From Mytilus californianus (taxonomy: Eukaryota): a stretch of 64,000 bases of DNA. Position numbers and translations under genes: made by a program. This document shows positions 63,652 through 64,000 of the stretch, piece after piece (within the stretch, counting starts at the first letter, position 1; each line of letters opens with the position of its first letter). Under the pieces are notes generated by a model. That model saw only the letters and a list, made by a program, of their open reading frames with translations. It searched no databases and was not told the origin of the DNA. The stretch spans positions 7,998,001-8,062,000 of the forward strand of contig NW_026262745.1 in assembly GCF_021869535.1 (NCBI RefSeq), read 5' to 3'.

Positions 63652-64000
63652 GTAAGATTTTATACTTTACATGGAAGAGTGGGGGAAGGGGCTACTGATG
63701 TAGGGAATAAACATGCAAGAGCTAAATTATTGTAAACAATTGCTGACAAATTGTTGATACAAATTATATTGTAAAAAAAGTATTTAGAAAAATACTGAAC
63801 TCCAAGGTAAATTCAAACAGAGGGAAGTCCATTAAATCTGACAAAATCAAATGCTGAACTATATCATCCAACGGAACACATGGAAAAAAACTGTCAAATT
63901 CCTGACATGGTACAGGCATTCGCAGAAGAAAATGTTGGGTTATATGTTGTACTTTCCATGAGAATGGAAGCAAAGGATAACTGATGTAGGATAGAACACA

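Overview
AT-rich eukaryotic genomic DNA with spliceosomal introns. The repeat families look like a bivalve mollusc, probably Mytilus; this is inferred from recall, not a database search. Left to right: (1) a disrupted Neptune-like Penelope retroelement (RT + GIY-YIG, minus strand) with a pseudo-LTR and a hammerhead ribozyme, joined directly to a 539-bp tandem array carrying its own hammerheads (retrozyme); (2) three rhodopsin-class orphan GPCR genes, two from an ~9-10 kb tandem duplication and each with a spliced Ser/Thr-rich tail exon that the ORF track does not join; (3) many Helentron-associated (HINE-like) elements, SINE-like repeats and degenerate Penelope relics; (4) a complete 7-coding-exon type II thioesterase gene (OLAH-like, 249 aa, minus) head-to-head with a DELE1-like Sel1-repeat gene (plus, at least 9 exons). 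The most unusual signal is a 28-copy, 53-bp minisatellite built from the end of the OLAH-like GHSLG exon plus its own GTAAGT splice donor. Two further exon-junction duplications lie nearby: an in-frame second acceptor at another OLAH-like exon and a triplicated acceptor at DELE1-like exon 8. I recognised no rRNA, tRNA or CRISPR features. All splice models and alignments were read by eye.
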